NCBI GenBank assembly: GCA_964016885.1
Contig: OZ024744.1
Coordinates: forward strand, 38,378,001-38,442,000
DNA length: 64,000 nt
Source of the DNA: Eledone cirrhosa
Taxonomy: Eukaryota
Direction of reading: 5' to 3'
The position numbers and the translations under genes were made by a program. The number at the start of each line of letters is the position of its first letter. The first letter of the stretch is position 1. The notes under the pieces were generated by a model. That model ran no database searches. It saw only the letters and a list, made by a program, of their open reading frames with translations, and had not been told where the DNA came from. Shown piece by piece: positions 1 through 12,482 of this stretch.

Positions 1-598
1 TGTCTACAAATCTTAGGTTCATAGGTCTCCCACTATCATTGTTCAATTCATCTACCACTAAATTTAGGATGTCAACCGAATCTTGTCCTAGCCCGTCAGC
101 ATTCATCTCCTCAGTGGCCGTATCTCTGTTCCAGGTATTATTTATCTCAGTATTCAGATCATTGTCTGCTTCGGGTGGTTCCTCCGTTCTCTCGACCTCT
201 TCACCTTCATTTCCGACTGGCTCGTTTGCCTGGCATACTCCACCCTCCATCTCCAAGCTAATCTCTCTGCTCAGTTCCTCCAGTTCCAGCTCGCTTATCC
301 ACCCATTAGTTCTTATTACCCGAGCCTGCCCGGCCAATTTTTGTTCATCTAATTTAAATAGACCAATCTCGTTCCAGATGTTATGCATCCGTCTTCTATA
401 GCCCCTCTCCTTGGGGTTACTTTTCAGGTAACATTGCATAACAGTTCTATTCAATTCTTTCGTCCAGTTGGTTCTGGTCCCTTTCCTTCTTCTTCTTCCT
501 CCGACACCAGCAGTATTTGGTTGACAGCCAGGTTCCTGCTGCTGAGCCAGGGAGCACCTGTTGGGTGAGAGTCTGTCACATGACGTTCTAGTCTCCAT
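1..598 (-). mobile_element. 5' part of an R4/Dong-like non-LTR retrotransposon ORF, open to the window edge (absent from ORF track)
   Basis: Manual translation from ATG 598 is open to position 1: METRTSCD...RTNWTKELNRTVMQCYLKSNPKERGYRRRMHNIWNEIGLFKLDEQKLAGQARVIRTNGWISELELEEL...PMNLRFVD. This matches the W-T-x-E..MxCY..S.P..GYRxRM..IW..EQxLAxQ..I..NGW.S.LELEE N-terminus I recognise from R4/Dong-type LINE proteins. Confidence 0.7.
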
Positions 599-1634
599 TT
601 CACCGTTATTCGAACTGTTTAGGTTCGATATTTAAACACTCTTATCGAAGATTGGTGAATGTATGGTTACATAATCATCTGTGGATTCACCGTCTCCGGT
701 GGTTGCGCCGCTCCACTTGGCTCTTGTGTGGCATTATCACCACGCTGTAGGCGAACACAAATAAACAAACAAACAAACAGGCAGAAAAAAACCCAAAAAT
801 GAATAAGCATAAGTTTCATTGTAATGTAGTGTTCGAATGTCTGACTTAGTTTTTCCCCTCTCTTCTCTGTCCGTCCGTTTGTTTCTCTCTTCATTCTTAT
901 TTTCTTTACGTTTTTTTTTGTTTTTGTTTTTCTCTGTTTGTTTTTCTCTTTTTTTGTTGTTGTTGCTGTGCTGCTTTGGTTTTAATGTTTGTTTTTCCTT
1001 TTGAGTCTATCTATACATTTTGATGCCTTCCTCTTTTTTAGTAGGAATTCTATAATGTGGTGGCAGCAACTAGCGGGAAGCAATGGGAGAGAATAGCGGT
1101 GGTAGCGATACTGAGACAGTGGTGGTGGTGATGTCGATACTGAGGCAGTGGTGGTGATGTGATCGTATTACTGTAGTGATGGTGTTATAGCGGTGGTAGC
1201 AATGAAGGAGTGGTGGCGGCGGTGATGGGACAGTGGTAGTAATGATGGCAGTGGCCGTTATCTGGCTGTTGTGTTTAGTGTACACAGAGAGGTGATGGGA
1301 TAGGTGGTGTATCTAGTTTCTGGTGTTGGTGAGATTGGTGTTGTTTGGCTATTCTATATAGTGTAGACAGAGGAGGGGGGGTGGGTTCTTCTTCTTCCAT
1401 TTATAGCCATTTTCTTTTTTGAATATACAATGTACAATACAAAGTTGAATATTTGAATATTTGAGCCTTATAACAATATATTTTGGGTCCGAATTTTTTT
1501 GGGGCTCAAGCCGGATGCTTTACGTAGCATTTGTACTAAGAGTTGTTATTTCACAAATGATTTAAATATGTTAAAAATTCAAAACTTACGGGAGCGATTT
1601 CATGACCTTCTACCACCTCGTGTGTCTTCTTCCC

Positions 1635-1684
<50 letters not shown>

Positions 1685-1717
1685 GTTATTCTTATGTTTT
1701 TTGTTTTTGTTTTTTTT

Positions 1718-1775
1718 CTCGTGCAATGGCCATACTCGATAACGAGGGGGCAGCCATTATGTATGTATGTGTATA
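1718..1775 (+). mobile_element. Isolated RTE LINE 3' terminus with stem-loop and (TATG)n tail
   Basis: tcgtgcaatggccataCTCG-ataa-CGAGggggcagccat+tatgtatg; same sequence ends the RTE at 14703-14745 and recurs at 12443-12482, 10928-10970(-) and 49262-49310(-). Confidence 0.7.
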
Positions 1776-2066
1776 TATACGTATGTATGTATATATATAT
1801 CACCAAGAAAGCCGACTGTCAATGTGATATGGTGGTATTTATATATTTTCTGGTGGTAGGGGAAGGTGATGATGGGGATGGTTCGAGGTCGTGGGCTGAT
1901 GGTTTTAAAGAAAGGGGATACTTTAAAAAAACTATACTTAGAGAAAAATACATAATGTTACAGAATGATACAAATGGAGGCACTCCTAATTTTCAAGGTT
2001 CATTTATTCTAAGTGGGTGTATTAACATGGTGTGTTAAAGTCAGCAAAATGGTCAAGTGTTTACAA

Positions 2067-2134
<68 letters not shown>

Positions 2135-2197
2135 GTGAAGTAATTCCGTCGGAAAAGTCCAGGAAAAAAGAGTGCTCTATGTAGGTAACAGAGCTTA

Positions 2198-2985
<788 letters not shown>

Positions 2986-3029
2986 TATATACATATATAC
3001 ATATACATACATATATACATATACATACA

Positions 3030-4058
3030 AATCCTACAAGCCAGTTCTACCCCCCCCCCCCAGAATGATAGTTTCAACAACCACCTCACTCGACAATATA
3101 TCATCCCCTTCCGCCCCTACCCCTACCCTCAACCTACGCCCTCTTCCGATCCGCCTCACAGTATTGAGGTTATATAAGTACTCTTTACCTACTTGCCTTT
3201 TCTACTAGTATGTACGTAGATGTATGTATGCATTTGCATACATACTGCCCTTCTCGTCCCTTCTCCCTCTCTCGCACACTTCGCCCTGCCTTCTCCACCC
3301 CCTGCCTTGACCATCTTGACCACTTCCTGTTGCGCGCGCCCCACAACCTTCTACTTCCTCCTCACCATTCTCCGGGTCTTACCCTCTGGTTACACTCGCA
3401 GGAGTTCAATGAGATACCACCCGGAATCACACAATCCTTCACACACACACACAAACATTTACACTACATACGCAACCATACATTCCCACGTATCCACACC
3501 ACACAAAAAGACACACACGTGCATATCCTCACATACACCCACTCCGCACGCTCCCTCTCCCCCACCCCATCCGACCCCGCTCTATCCACATGCACACACA
3601 CAGGTTTACAACACATTGGTTTTCCTCAACCCAAGCATGGAACCTTGTTCTTCCCCAAACTCTCACACTTACACTCACATGCATACACACCTACACACCA
3701 CCACGACCTTCCGCTCTCCCTGCTCGGACCTCCAATTTCCTTCTCCCCTCTTCCATCCACCCACCACCACCTCTACTCGACTCACCTCCTTTCACCACTT
3801 GTTTCCAACTTATTGTCCCACTTATGTGTTATTTTAATTTTTATTTTTTGCCCTTTATTTCAATTCTTTTAATGTTTTCCTTTTATTTTAATGTTTCCAC
3901 CACTCCCCCTCACATTCTCTCGCAACTACTCTCCTTCCCCCATTCTCCTGATGAAGGACTTATGTCCGAAACGTCACCCTCCACCCCCCACTTTCAAGCA
4001 TGGACCTAATACCTAACATCTTTCGTAACTGTACTCCTTGTTATTTACTTTTCCAATA
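3030..4058 (+). mobile_element. C/A-rich Penelope-like 3' region with HHR core at 3948-3975
   Basis: CTGATGA-a-ggac-ttat-gtcc-GAAAC-GTC after a long C/A-rich tract; the same arrangement occurs at 18107-18131(+), 22637-22664(-) and, degenerate, near 50300(-). Stem I partner not found. Confidence 0.5.
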
Positions 4059-4202
4059 TATAGTGAGGAACAGTGAGATAAAATTTGCCGTCTTTCCTCT
4101 TAGTCCGTAGAAATTAACTAAACAAATAATCAATTAAACGGAGCTAAGTCTAAAATGTAAGATTGAAGAAAAAAATGCAGATTACTTTATCAAAGTTTTT
4201 CT

Positions 4203-4290
4203 AGTCCCGACTATCGATAGTTTGGCTCGTACTTTGTAGATATGACTAATCTTAGTATTATCCATGAGGCTCCGAGCTTTTCAAGAGACT
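4203..4290 (-). ncRNA. Hammerhead ribozyme, U3-A8 variant, with G12C mutation (probably inactive)
   Basis: Minus strand: agtctc-TTGAAAA-gctcg-[~43 nt]-cgagc-CAAAC-tatcgata-GTC-gggact; palindromic stem III. Lies in an element with permuted direct repeats at about 4062-4175 and 4640-4803. Confidence 0.7.
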
Positions 4291-4828
4291 CCCTAGTTAG
4301 GACTAAAGTTTCTACAGTGATCGCCGTCAGTAATGAATTCAAAAGGAGGCAAAAACATCAGGTGGCTAGCGGTCAAGGTAGAAGGGTTGTGATGGGTAGG
4401 CCTGATGGCAGGTAGGTTCATTGCTAGAAGGAGCAGTTAGTTACCGCCTAAGGTTTACTCAACCGTAAGGAGTATAGAATAAAATCATAAGGGCATATAT
4501 GTATATATTTAGACATAGTCACAGATACATATATGAGTGCTGGCTACCTTCCACGGTGTGGCTAAATGAATGAATGAATTAAGTAAATAATTATTAATCA
4601 GAGCTATATAAAATTATAAATTTGAAGAACAGTTAAACAAAATTTATCCAATCCTTTTCCTCCTTAGTTCGTAGAAATCAACTGGTTAAATAATCATTTA
4701 AACGGAGCTCAGTTTAAAATGTAACTTTGAAGAAATAACAGATAAATGTCACAGACTTTCCTCTGTGAGGAACAGTCAGATAAAATTTACCTAGTCTTTC
4801 CTCGTATATATATATATTAATATTTATA

Positions 4829-4929
<101 letters not shown>

Positions 4930-6921
4930 GTAAAGAGGCAAGCTGTGTGGTTACTTTAAACAAAGTGTAAGATGGTAAGAGGGACGTAAACAAGAGAAGA
5001 AAAGTAACCCTTCATCAGCTGTTTACTGCGGATCATAGATGTTTCGGCGCTCTAAACAAGACATCGATCGGCAGCGCGCCCGAGGCCTTTTATCAATCAA
5101 AAGGCCTTGAGGGAAAGACTTGATAGTGTAGAGAGAGGAAGAATGAAAAAAAAGGGAAAGAGGAAAAAACGAAGTAAACATACCGAATAGAATATTACCT
5201 GTATTAATTTTTGTTGATGACCATAATTAATTTGTGAGATATATCAATAATTATGATGTCTTTATTGGAAGATTTGATGATCGTTAAGTCGCTGATCATA
5301 TTGAACTATTCTTATTTACTCTGATGAATTTGTTCATACTTTGCCATCTCCCTATATTTTCTTAGCTTTATTCTCTCCGTCGCTCCTCCTCTCTCTATCA
5401 TAGATCATTCCCCCTCTCTATAATTTAACTGCTTTACTCTCTCTGTCGCTCTTTACTCTCTATATGACAACATTGTTTTACAAACCTCTCTATAGTTTCT
5501 TAGCTTTACTCTCTCCGTCGCTCTTCCCTCTCTCTATAATAGATTATTCCTCCTCTCTATAATTTAACTGCTTGGGAAGTCATTGGAGTTCCGTATTGAC
5601 ATACGGCTTTTCTGGGGCATTTTAAATCGGCTTATTGCAAATAACAACCCGCAAAATAACACTTCATATAACAGATTAATGCTATAGACATATGAATCGG
5701 AATGTTTAAATTATTTATTTTTTACAACTTTAATTGGTTAAATATTAATATGACAACACCCATAGTGTTGTACTTCTGGCAATTCTGCCGAATACACTGA
5801 TTAGGTGAGTGTGTGTTAATGTTTTTGTTTTTTTGTTTTCATATAAAGTCTAATATTTCCTGTGTTTTGTGACTTTAAATATATATATATATATGCACGT
5901 CCACAATTTCCAACGGATTCTATTCAAAGTCGGGACAATTATTGCTTTTGGTCAGGAGAAGGTCATGAAGCAAAGACATTTCAAATCCATCAACATTAGG
6001 GGCAAAAATCGATAGAATCTTTGTTGAAAAAAGTGGCCGAACTTTGTTCAATTCAAAGTCAACTGAGTATTACTCCCTTGCACGCGTGGATGTTTGCGCA
6101 AAATGCTAAAAAAATCGCAACTTTATTTAAGCGTTTAAAACTAATTTAAGGATTTCAACGAATTGTTTTGGGACCATCAAAATTTAATTGGCAAAACATC
6201 ATGGCTCATGCTTTGAGGTTTAACATATTTTGCTTAATAACCCTTCAACAGACTTTTAAATAAGTCAAAACAATATTTTTATTTGAAAATGATCTTATTT
6301 TCAACCCAAGTTTTTTTCAACCCAATGGTTCGAGTAACGGAAAAATGTTTTTTTCATTTTTCAAAATTATAAATAGAGTGGTCGCAGGTTCGATTCTCAG
6401 CTAAATTTTGGATTTGTTAAATTCGAACTTTCGACCACTTTATTTACAACTTTGAATACCTAAAATTTTAGTGTGGTTTCGAATTATAATTTTAAATACC
6501 ACGATCGCGTGTTTAGGTTTAACCTAAAAACATTTTAAAAACACTTTAAGAATCGAACTATCGACCACCGTATTTAAAATATTGAATACACAATGATGGT
6601 ATTTAAAATTAGAATTCGAAAAGCTTATTCGGTTTCAAGACACGTTTACTGTATGTTCTTCTTTTTTTTAAATTGTTAAAAATATACCTGTCAATACTTT
6701 CTGTCAAGCATAAAATTTCACTTTTAAGCTTGGAAATACGTTTGTTCAGTGATTTTTTCCCCCCAAATATTCTGCTTTTCCGTCCAAATACTACCCAAAA
6801 TTTTGTTTGAATATTACATCTTCATTTACTTTTTATTCGTTGCCATTTCATCTTCCATTCAATTGTGTTTACCATTTAGTTTCGAATTTCATAAGGTTTT
6901 TGTTTAACATTTTCAGATATA

Positions 6922-8086
6922 ATGCTCCCAAAAAAGAGATGCTCACTTGGTAGTAAAACGGTGTCTGCAGCTAAACAGAAAAGAAGACGGTTGTATGAGT
7001 CGCAGGAGGAAACTGAATTGCCATTGTCACAAAGTGCTTTACATTCAGTAAATATAATAGCTGCTGAAACCGACGACCAGCGTAGTGAACGTCTAGCCAG
7101 CAATATATCTTACTATACTTCGTCGTGTGCTAAGCTTAGTGATTTAGACCGTTCTATTTGTAATTCCCGGAATGCTGTGGCTACTGCCGCTGCTAGAGCC
7201 GAAGAATCACACAACGATCGCAATATTAGACTAGAGAAAGAACAATCGGCGTAAAGAAACTGCCCGTGGCATAAAAAGTCCAAACAATTCATATTGGCTT
7301 TTAAAAGCTTTTAATTATGATCCAACACTTAACCTCTCAATGCGGCCTGACATCCAGATTGGGAATATGAGTTTAACTTGCAAGTTCTGTAGTGCAAATA
7401 AATGGGCTGGAGAACCACCTGGAATGTGCTGCTCCAATGGCAAGGTTAATTTACTTCCCCTAGAGGACCCACCGCAGCCTTTGAAAGAACTTCTTACTGG
7501 CACAACTCCTAGGTCAAAAGATTTTCTTGAACTCACCAGAAAGTACAATTGTGCCTTTCAGATGACCTCTTTCGGGGCACGCGTTGTCCGAGAAGATGGT
7601 TGGATGCCCACATTTAAAGTTCAGGGACATATATACCATCTAATTGGATCACTTCAACCTCAAGAAACGGAAAAGTCCGCGTTTCTCCAAATCTACAATA
7701 GACAAGCTGACATGCGTATTTCTATTATTCCTAAGTCTAACGGCGAGAAAAGTAAATCTGTTGACAAAGACACACTACTCGGTCTTCAACGCATGCTTCA
7801 TGTAAACAACATCTACGTCCAGAGCTTCAAATATTCCTTGGAATCAACACCTGTACCCAACTTCAACATCGTTATTGATGCTGACAAAAAGCCATCTGGG
7901 GAGCATGCTCGCCGCTATAACGCCCTCGCATGCAATGAAGTAGCCGTTGTTCTCCATGGAGATCAGCATAAAAAAAGAGACATTGTCATTAAAAGTCGTG
8001 ACGATACGCTGCTGAGGATTTGTGAAACGCATCCGTCATACGACAGCCTACAATATCCACTGATTTTTGCTTATAGGGAAGACTGA
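6922..8086 (+). pseudogene. Helitron RepHel N-terminal region (Zn-finger and pre-Rep motifs)
   Basis: IGNMSLTCKFCSANKWAGEPPGMCCSNGKV, YNCAFQMTSFG, FKVQGHIYHLIGSL, YDSLQYPLIF are typical Helitron RepHel motifs. Confidence 0.88.
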
Positions 8087-8189
8087 TACCATTTCGGCAT
8101 TTCTCAAAGCAAGTCAAACAATTCTGACGGGACGTCAAACAATCCTGACGAGACATTATCTAATCCTGACGAGACATTATCTACAACAG

Positions 8190-9690
8190 GGCACACATTG
8201 ATATCGAGGGCGCCCTCCTCGAGATGGGTGGGAGTGAGTTGGCGACGTATGGCTTGCCGTCAACCGTCAGAGATGAAGCTAACACGTTGGCCCCGGATTT
8301 GTTGCGGGAAACAGCATATGACATCGAATCTCTTTCCCAATACTTAGAGAAAAATGAGCCCAAACTTCTGTCGGACCAAAGGTTGGCCTATTTAACTATC
8401 ATTGACGCAGTTCAAAATCAGACTGGGGGTATTTACTTTTTCGATGCTCCTGGGGGTACCGGAAAAACTTTTGTAACGAAATTGATTCTCGCTAACATTC
8501 GACAGGAGAAAAAAGTTGCATTGGCCGTTGCATCGTCCGGGATCGCTGCTACTTTGCTGCCGGGAGGCAGGACAGTACATTCAACCTTTAAACTCTCCTT
8601 GGATTTAGTAAAAGCTGAGACACCAACATGCAATAGCAGCAAGAGTTGACACGAAGGATGAGTGCACAATGGCACACAAGGGTGCCCTTGAGGCATTGGC
8701 CGAGACCCTGGAAGACATTAGGGATTCTACGGCTCCTATGTGTGGCGTAACCCTTCTGCTATCAGGGGATTTTCGGCAAACGCTGCCTGTCATCCCCAAA
8801 GGGACAAGAACTGATGAAGTGCGTGCCTGCCTTAAGTCGTCCAAGTTGTGGCCCCAGGTGAAGACTTTGTACCTGAGCACAAATATGCGAGCTCATTTGC
8901 ATGGTGACATGTCTGCAGCATTTGCTCAGAATATTTTAGCACTTGGGGAGGGCAGGGTCCCTGCGGATGACAAGGGCGGCATAACAATCGACTCCCTGTG
9001 CAACATTGTGAGCAGCCCTGCTGACCTTTGGGAATCAGTTTTTCCTAATGTCTCATCTAACTTTAAAAACCTCGATTGGCTCAGCGAAAGAGCCATCTTT
9101 GCTCCGAAAAATGCCATGGTTAATTTTATTAACGAGCAGCTGATTGAGAAAATTCCCGGTAAAGAGCACATCTTCAAAACTATCGACCTGACGTCAGACC
9201 CCGACGATATCGTTAATTATCCGGTTGAGTTATTAAATCTCCTTGAGCCTCCAGGGCTCCCATCTCACATTATTAAGCTTAGGGTTGGCTGTCCCATTAT
9301 GCTAATAAGGAAATTGCGTCCACCAAAGCAGTGCAACGGTACTCGCATGGTCGTCAAGTCACTGACGCCCCACTTGATTGAGGCCACCATTATAACGTGC
9401 AGCGGGAGAGGGGAGAATGTTTTCATTCTAAGGATGAACCTTTTTCCCCTCGGCGTCAGATATCCCGTCCTATTTCCGGCGATCCCAATTCCTGGTGACA
9501 ACCATGTTTTGCCATGTCCATTAACAAGTCACAAGGGCAAACATTGTCGGTGGCGGGCATCCATTTGGAGGAGCCCATGCTTCTCCCATGGCCAATTTTA
9601 TGTTGCCTGTTCCCGCGTAGGGAGCAGGAATGAACTTTTTACACTCCTCAAGGGATGACACGCAATATCGTCTACAAAGAGGTGCTATAG
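8190..9690 (+). pseudogene. Helitron PIF1-family SF1 helicase domain, disrupted
   Basis: DAPGGTGKT (Walker A), VASSGIAATLL, GDFRQTLPV, CNGTR, FSHGQFYVACSRV spread over ORFs 8224-8649 and 8669-9658. Confidence 0.92.
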
Positions 9691-10220
9691 ATGTTGGTTC
9701 AGGTGTTGGAGGTGTTGGAGCTATGCCGTCTGGAAAACTATTTCCTCGTAGGGTCAGCCATGGCGGACAGATCTGACAACTTTGGACTGCTAAATTCACT
9801 ATTGGAAGATTATTATCCCAACATTGATTGTCCAAAATGCTAATTAGTTCGTAACTTTTAATAACCTGTTCAACTGATTTATGCACTTAATTGATAAGCT
9901 TATTCGCTTTCAAGCCACGTTCACCTGTATGTAACTTTTCATAGCAAATAACAAACCCGAGCAACGCCGGGCTAAACTGCTAGCATATAATATAAATATT
10001 ACATTCAAAGTTATAGATGCCATGTTTGAGATACTCTCGAACATGTGTCTTGTCTCCCGAAAAAAGCGAAAAGAGAAAATTCAAAGAATAAATCCGAGCA
10101 TTTATACATTACAATATAGTGTAGTCTTACATTTATACAGATTGGCACTTGTTGAAGTTTGATATGCCCTATTATACATCTATATCATTAGATATTTTGT
10201 GGGTATGTATGTCATTCACT

Positions 10221-10269
<49 letters not shown>

Positions 10270-10273
<4 letters not shown>

Positions 10274-10882
10274 GGTGGCTGCCAACTCGTTTTCGAGTAC
10301 GGCCACTACTTTATATCCATGTAGGAGAACCCCTACCGAAGCGCTGAACGAGTGTGACTTTTTAGTCCAGCCAGCGACTTGAAAACTCTGGTACAAACAC
10401 TACACTTGTGACAATTATTGACACATAGTGCTGGGCCCATGGTACCATGTGAGGACAAGTGCAGAGAGATCTCCAGATATAAAGCAATGCCTGTGCCGTG
10501 AAGCTTTTATAGTGAGCAAAGGCACTGCACAAAGCCAGTCCCACTCTCTTAACCAAGATGATATTTACCAAAAAGAAGAACAAGTCAACATCATTGGATA
10601 CCATCAGGGTTGCAGGTGTTATATCAGAGTTTTCCTTCTCCTAGAATTCTGCCTTGACAAAGGCTAAGGGGTCATCTCTCCCGGTGATTTTGGATGGCCA
10701 TTGACTCTTAAGAGCTCCTTTGCCCTTTGACAGGTTTTGTTTTTAGTCCTGCAGGATGTCCAAAGTCACCCTCCTCACCAAGATACCTTGGTGGGGTTGC
10801 CAGTTTAGTCGCCAACGACCCGACCATGAGACAGGTTGTACTGGGATACATGTTACCAGTAGCACCAACTGGTGACCTGACA
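10270..10882 (-). mobile_element. Bipartite non-autonomous RTE derivative, family A (RTE 5'UTR joined to a C2H2-encoding 3' end)
   Basis: Minus strand has the RTE 5'UTR-type motif TAGGAGAAGGAAAACTCTGA (~10625-10645), then CSVCTRVFKSLAGLKSH and a terminal CTCG-aaaa-CGAG stem-loop; the 3' part recurs at 49599-49815. Confidence 0.65.
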
Positions 10883-10924
10883 TATATATACATACACACA
10901 CACATACATACATACTTATATACA

Positions 10925-11535
10925 TACATGATGGCTGCCCCCTCGTTATCAAGTATGGCCATTGAACGATATACCATTATTAATAATTATTAATTAATTC
11001 TATCGTGCAATGCCTGTGCGTGAAGATATTTTTTAAAGTGAGGAAAGGCTGTGCACTGAGCCAATCCCACTCTCTGAGCGACAGCAGCTATAACCCGAAA
11101 AGAAGAAAAGATCAACATCATCGTTAACTACTGAGCCGCAGGTTTTATATCGGAGTTATCCCAGTTTCCTGAGTTGCCTTCTCCTAGAAGAATGTCCCAG
11201 CAAAGGCTAGGGTTCTTCACTCCCAGTGGTTTAACCGCGCGATCGGGTGTCCAGCCCGACTATTTTTATGTTCCCGCGCATATTCATACACATGCACCCA
11301 TGTATATACACATGTACATATGTACATGTGTATATACATATTTACACACTTATTGATGGCCGTTTACCCTTATGAGTTCTTCCGCTCTTTGTCAGGTTTT
11401 GTTTTTTGTCCTACAGGATGTCCAAAATCACCCTCCTCACCAAGTAAACTTAGTGGGGTTGCCTGTTTAGTCGCTGACGATGCGACAGGTTGGATTGGGT
11501 TTCATGTTACCAGTAACACTCAAGAGTGACCCGAC
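10925..11535 (-). mobile_element. Bipartite non-autonomous RTE derivative, family B
   Basis: Shares its 5' head with 10710-10882 and 25455-25648, has a taggagaaggcaactc-like motif and ends in the RTE stem-loop plus (TATG)n; second copy at 49262-49570. Confidence 0.65.
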
Positions 11536-11916
11536 ATACATACATGTTACCATTCGTCTATCACCGCAGTATTTCAGAAATAGGATAGACGAAGAAAGAT
11601 GTAAGAGACCTATATACACCAGTATATTATAGTGGTAAACGCTTGTACAACACTAGTACCAGTCTCCGAGTATCCACAACTAGAGTCCAGTGACATGCCG
11701 AAGCAAGATGACTGGGAGTTGCTTCACCCGCAGGTTTTAAGGAGTTTCCTGGTCAATTAATGACATCCCCCCTCCACACACACATACACACACACACTCC
11801 CTCACACACAAACACACACATTCACACACAGACATTCATGCATACAAACAAACACTCACACGCCATTCACTTACACACATTAACACACACACACATATAT
11901 TACTGTCATTACTAAG

Positions 11917-12108
11917 GGCGGTGGATTGGCAGTATCGGTAGAAGGTCGGACGCCATGCTTTGCAGCAAAGCGTTACGTCCCTTTATGGTCTGAGTTCAAA
12001 TCCCGCCGAGGTTAACTTTGCCTTTCATCCTTGTGGGGTCGATAAAATAAAGTACCAGTAATATACTGAGTAATTGCTGGCCTCGTGCCAAAAGTAGAAA
12101 CAATTATT
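11917..12108 (+). mobile_element. tRNA-derived SINE (cephalopod type)
   Basis: A-box TGGCAGTATCGG, B-box GAGTTCAAATCC, core gcctttcatccttgtggggtcgataaaataaagtaccag, tail gccaaaagtagaaacaattatt. Confidence 0.85.
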
Positions 12109-12114
12109 AATACG

Positions 12115-12482
12115 AAAGATGCGGCAACAGTTGACTTTTGAGAGCGTTGCCTTAGCAAAGCTGGGCTCAAAAGTCACCTTCGCAGTCATAAAGTGGTTGA
12201 CTACCAGGTTGCTTTCGGAGATGCTACTCATCATGCCTGCCAAGCATGTAGAAGATAGTGTAGATCAGCAGGAGGGCTCAAACGACATACAAATGTAGTT
12301 GAACTCCAACCACAACCGGCTACTGCCAGTGAATGTTTTGGTTGCCAACTCTGTGCAAGACATTTTAGATCATTGGCTGAGCTAAAAAGCCACATTCGAT
12401 CGCAGCGCTGTTAATTGTTAATAAATAGGTGTTCTTTTTTTATCGTGCAATGGCCATACTCGATAACGAGGGGGCGGCCATC
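12115..12482 (+). mobile_element. Deleted 3' fragment of the same RTE family as 12483-14745
   Basis: Aligns by eye to about 14190-14494 with several internal deletions and ends in the RTE 3' stem-loop. Confidence 0.8.

Larger units (their letters stand above)
5885..9983 (+). mobile_element. Helitron, defective (internal deletion, stops, frameshifts)
   Basis: RepHel fragments listed below; 3' end cccgagcaacgccggg hairpin followed by CTAG at 9980-9983. The 5' boundary is approximate. Confidence 0.9.

Noticed and set aside
39-568. Plus-strand Ser-rich ORFs
   Set aside because: Antisense shadow of the minus-strand LINE ORF.
5030-5100. Fifth UUGAUAA-type hammerhead on the minus strand
   Set aside because: TTGATAA and GAAAC are present, but stems I and III and the NUH site cannot be formed convincingly.
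8224-9658. Host PIF1 helicase gene
   Set aside because: Intronless, disrupted, linked to RepHel N-terminal motifs and a Helitron 3' hairpin-CTAG.
11550-11775. Possible old CR1 3' remnant
   Set aside because: Too degenerate to support by eye.
11925-12010. tRNA gene
   Set aside because: A and B boxes are present but there is no cloverleaf, and it continues into a multi-copy SINE core.
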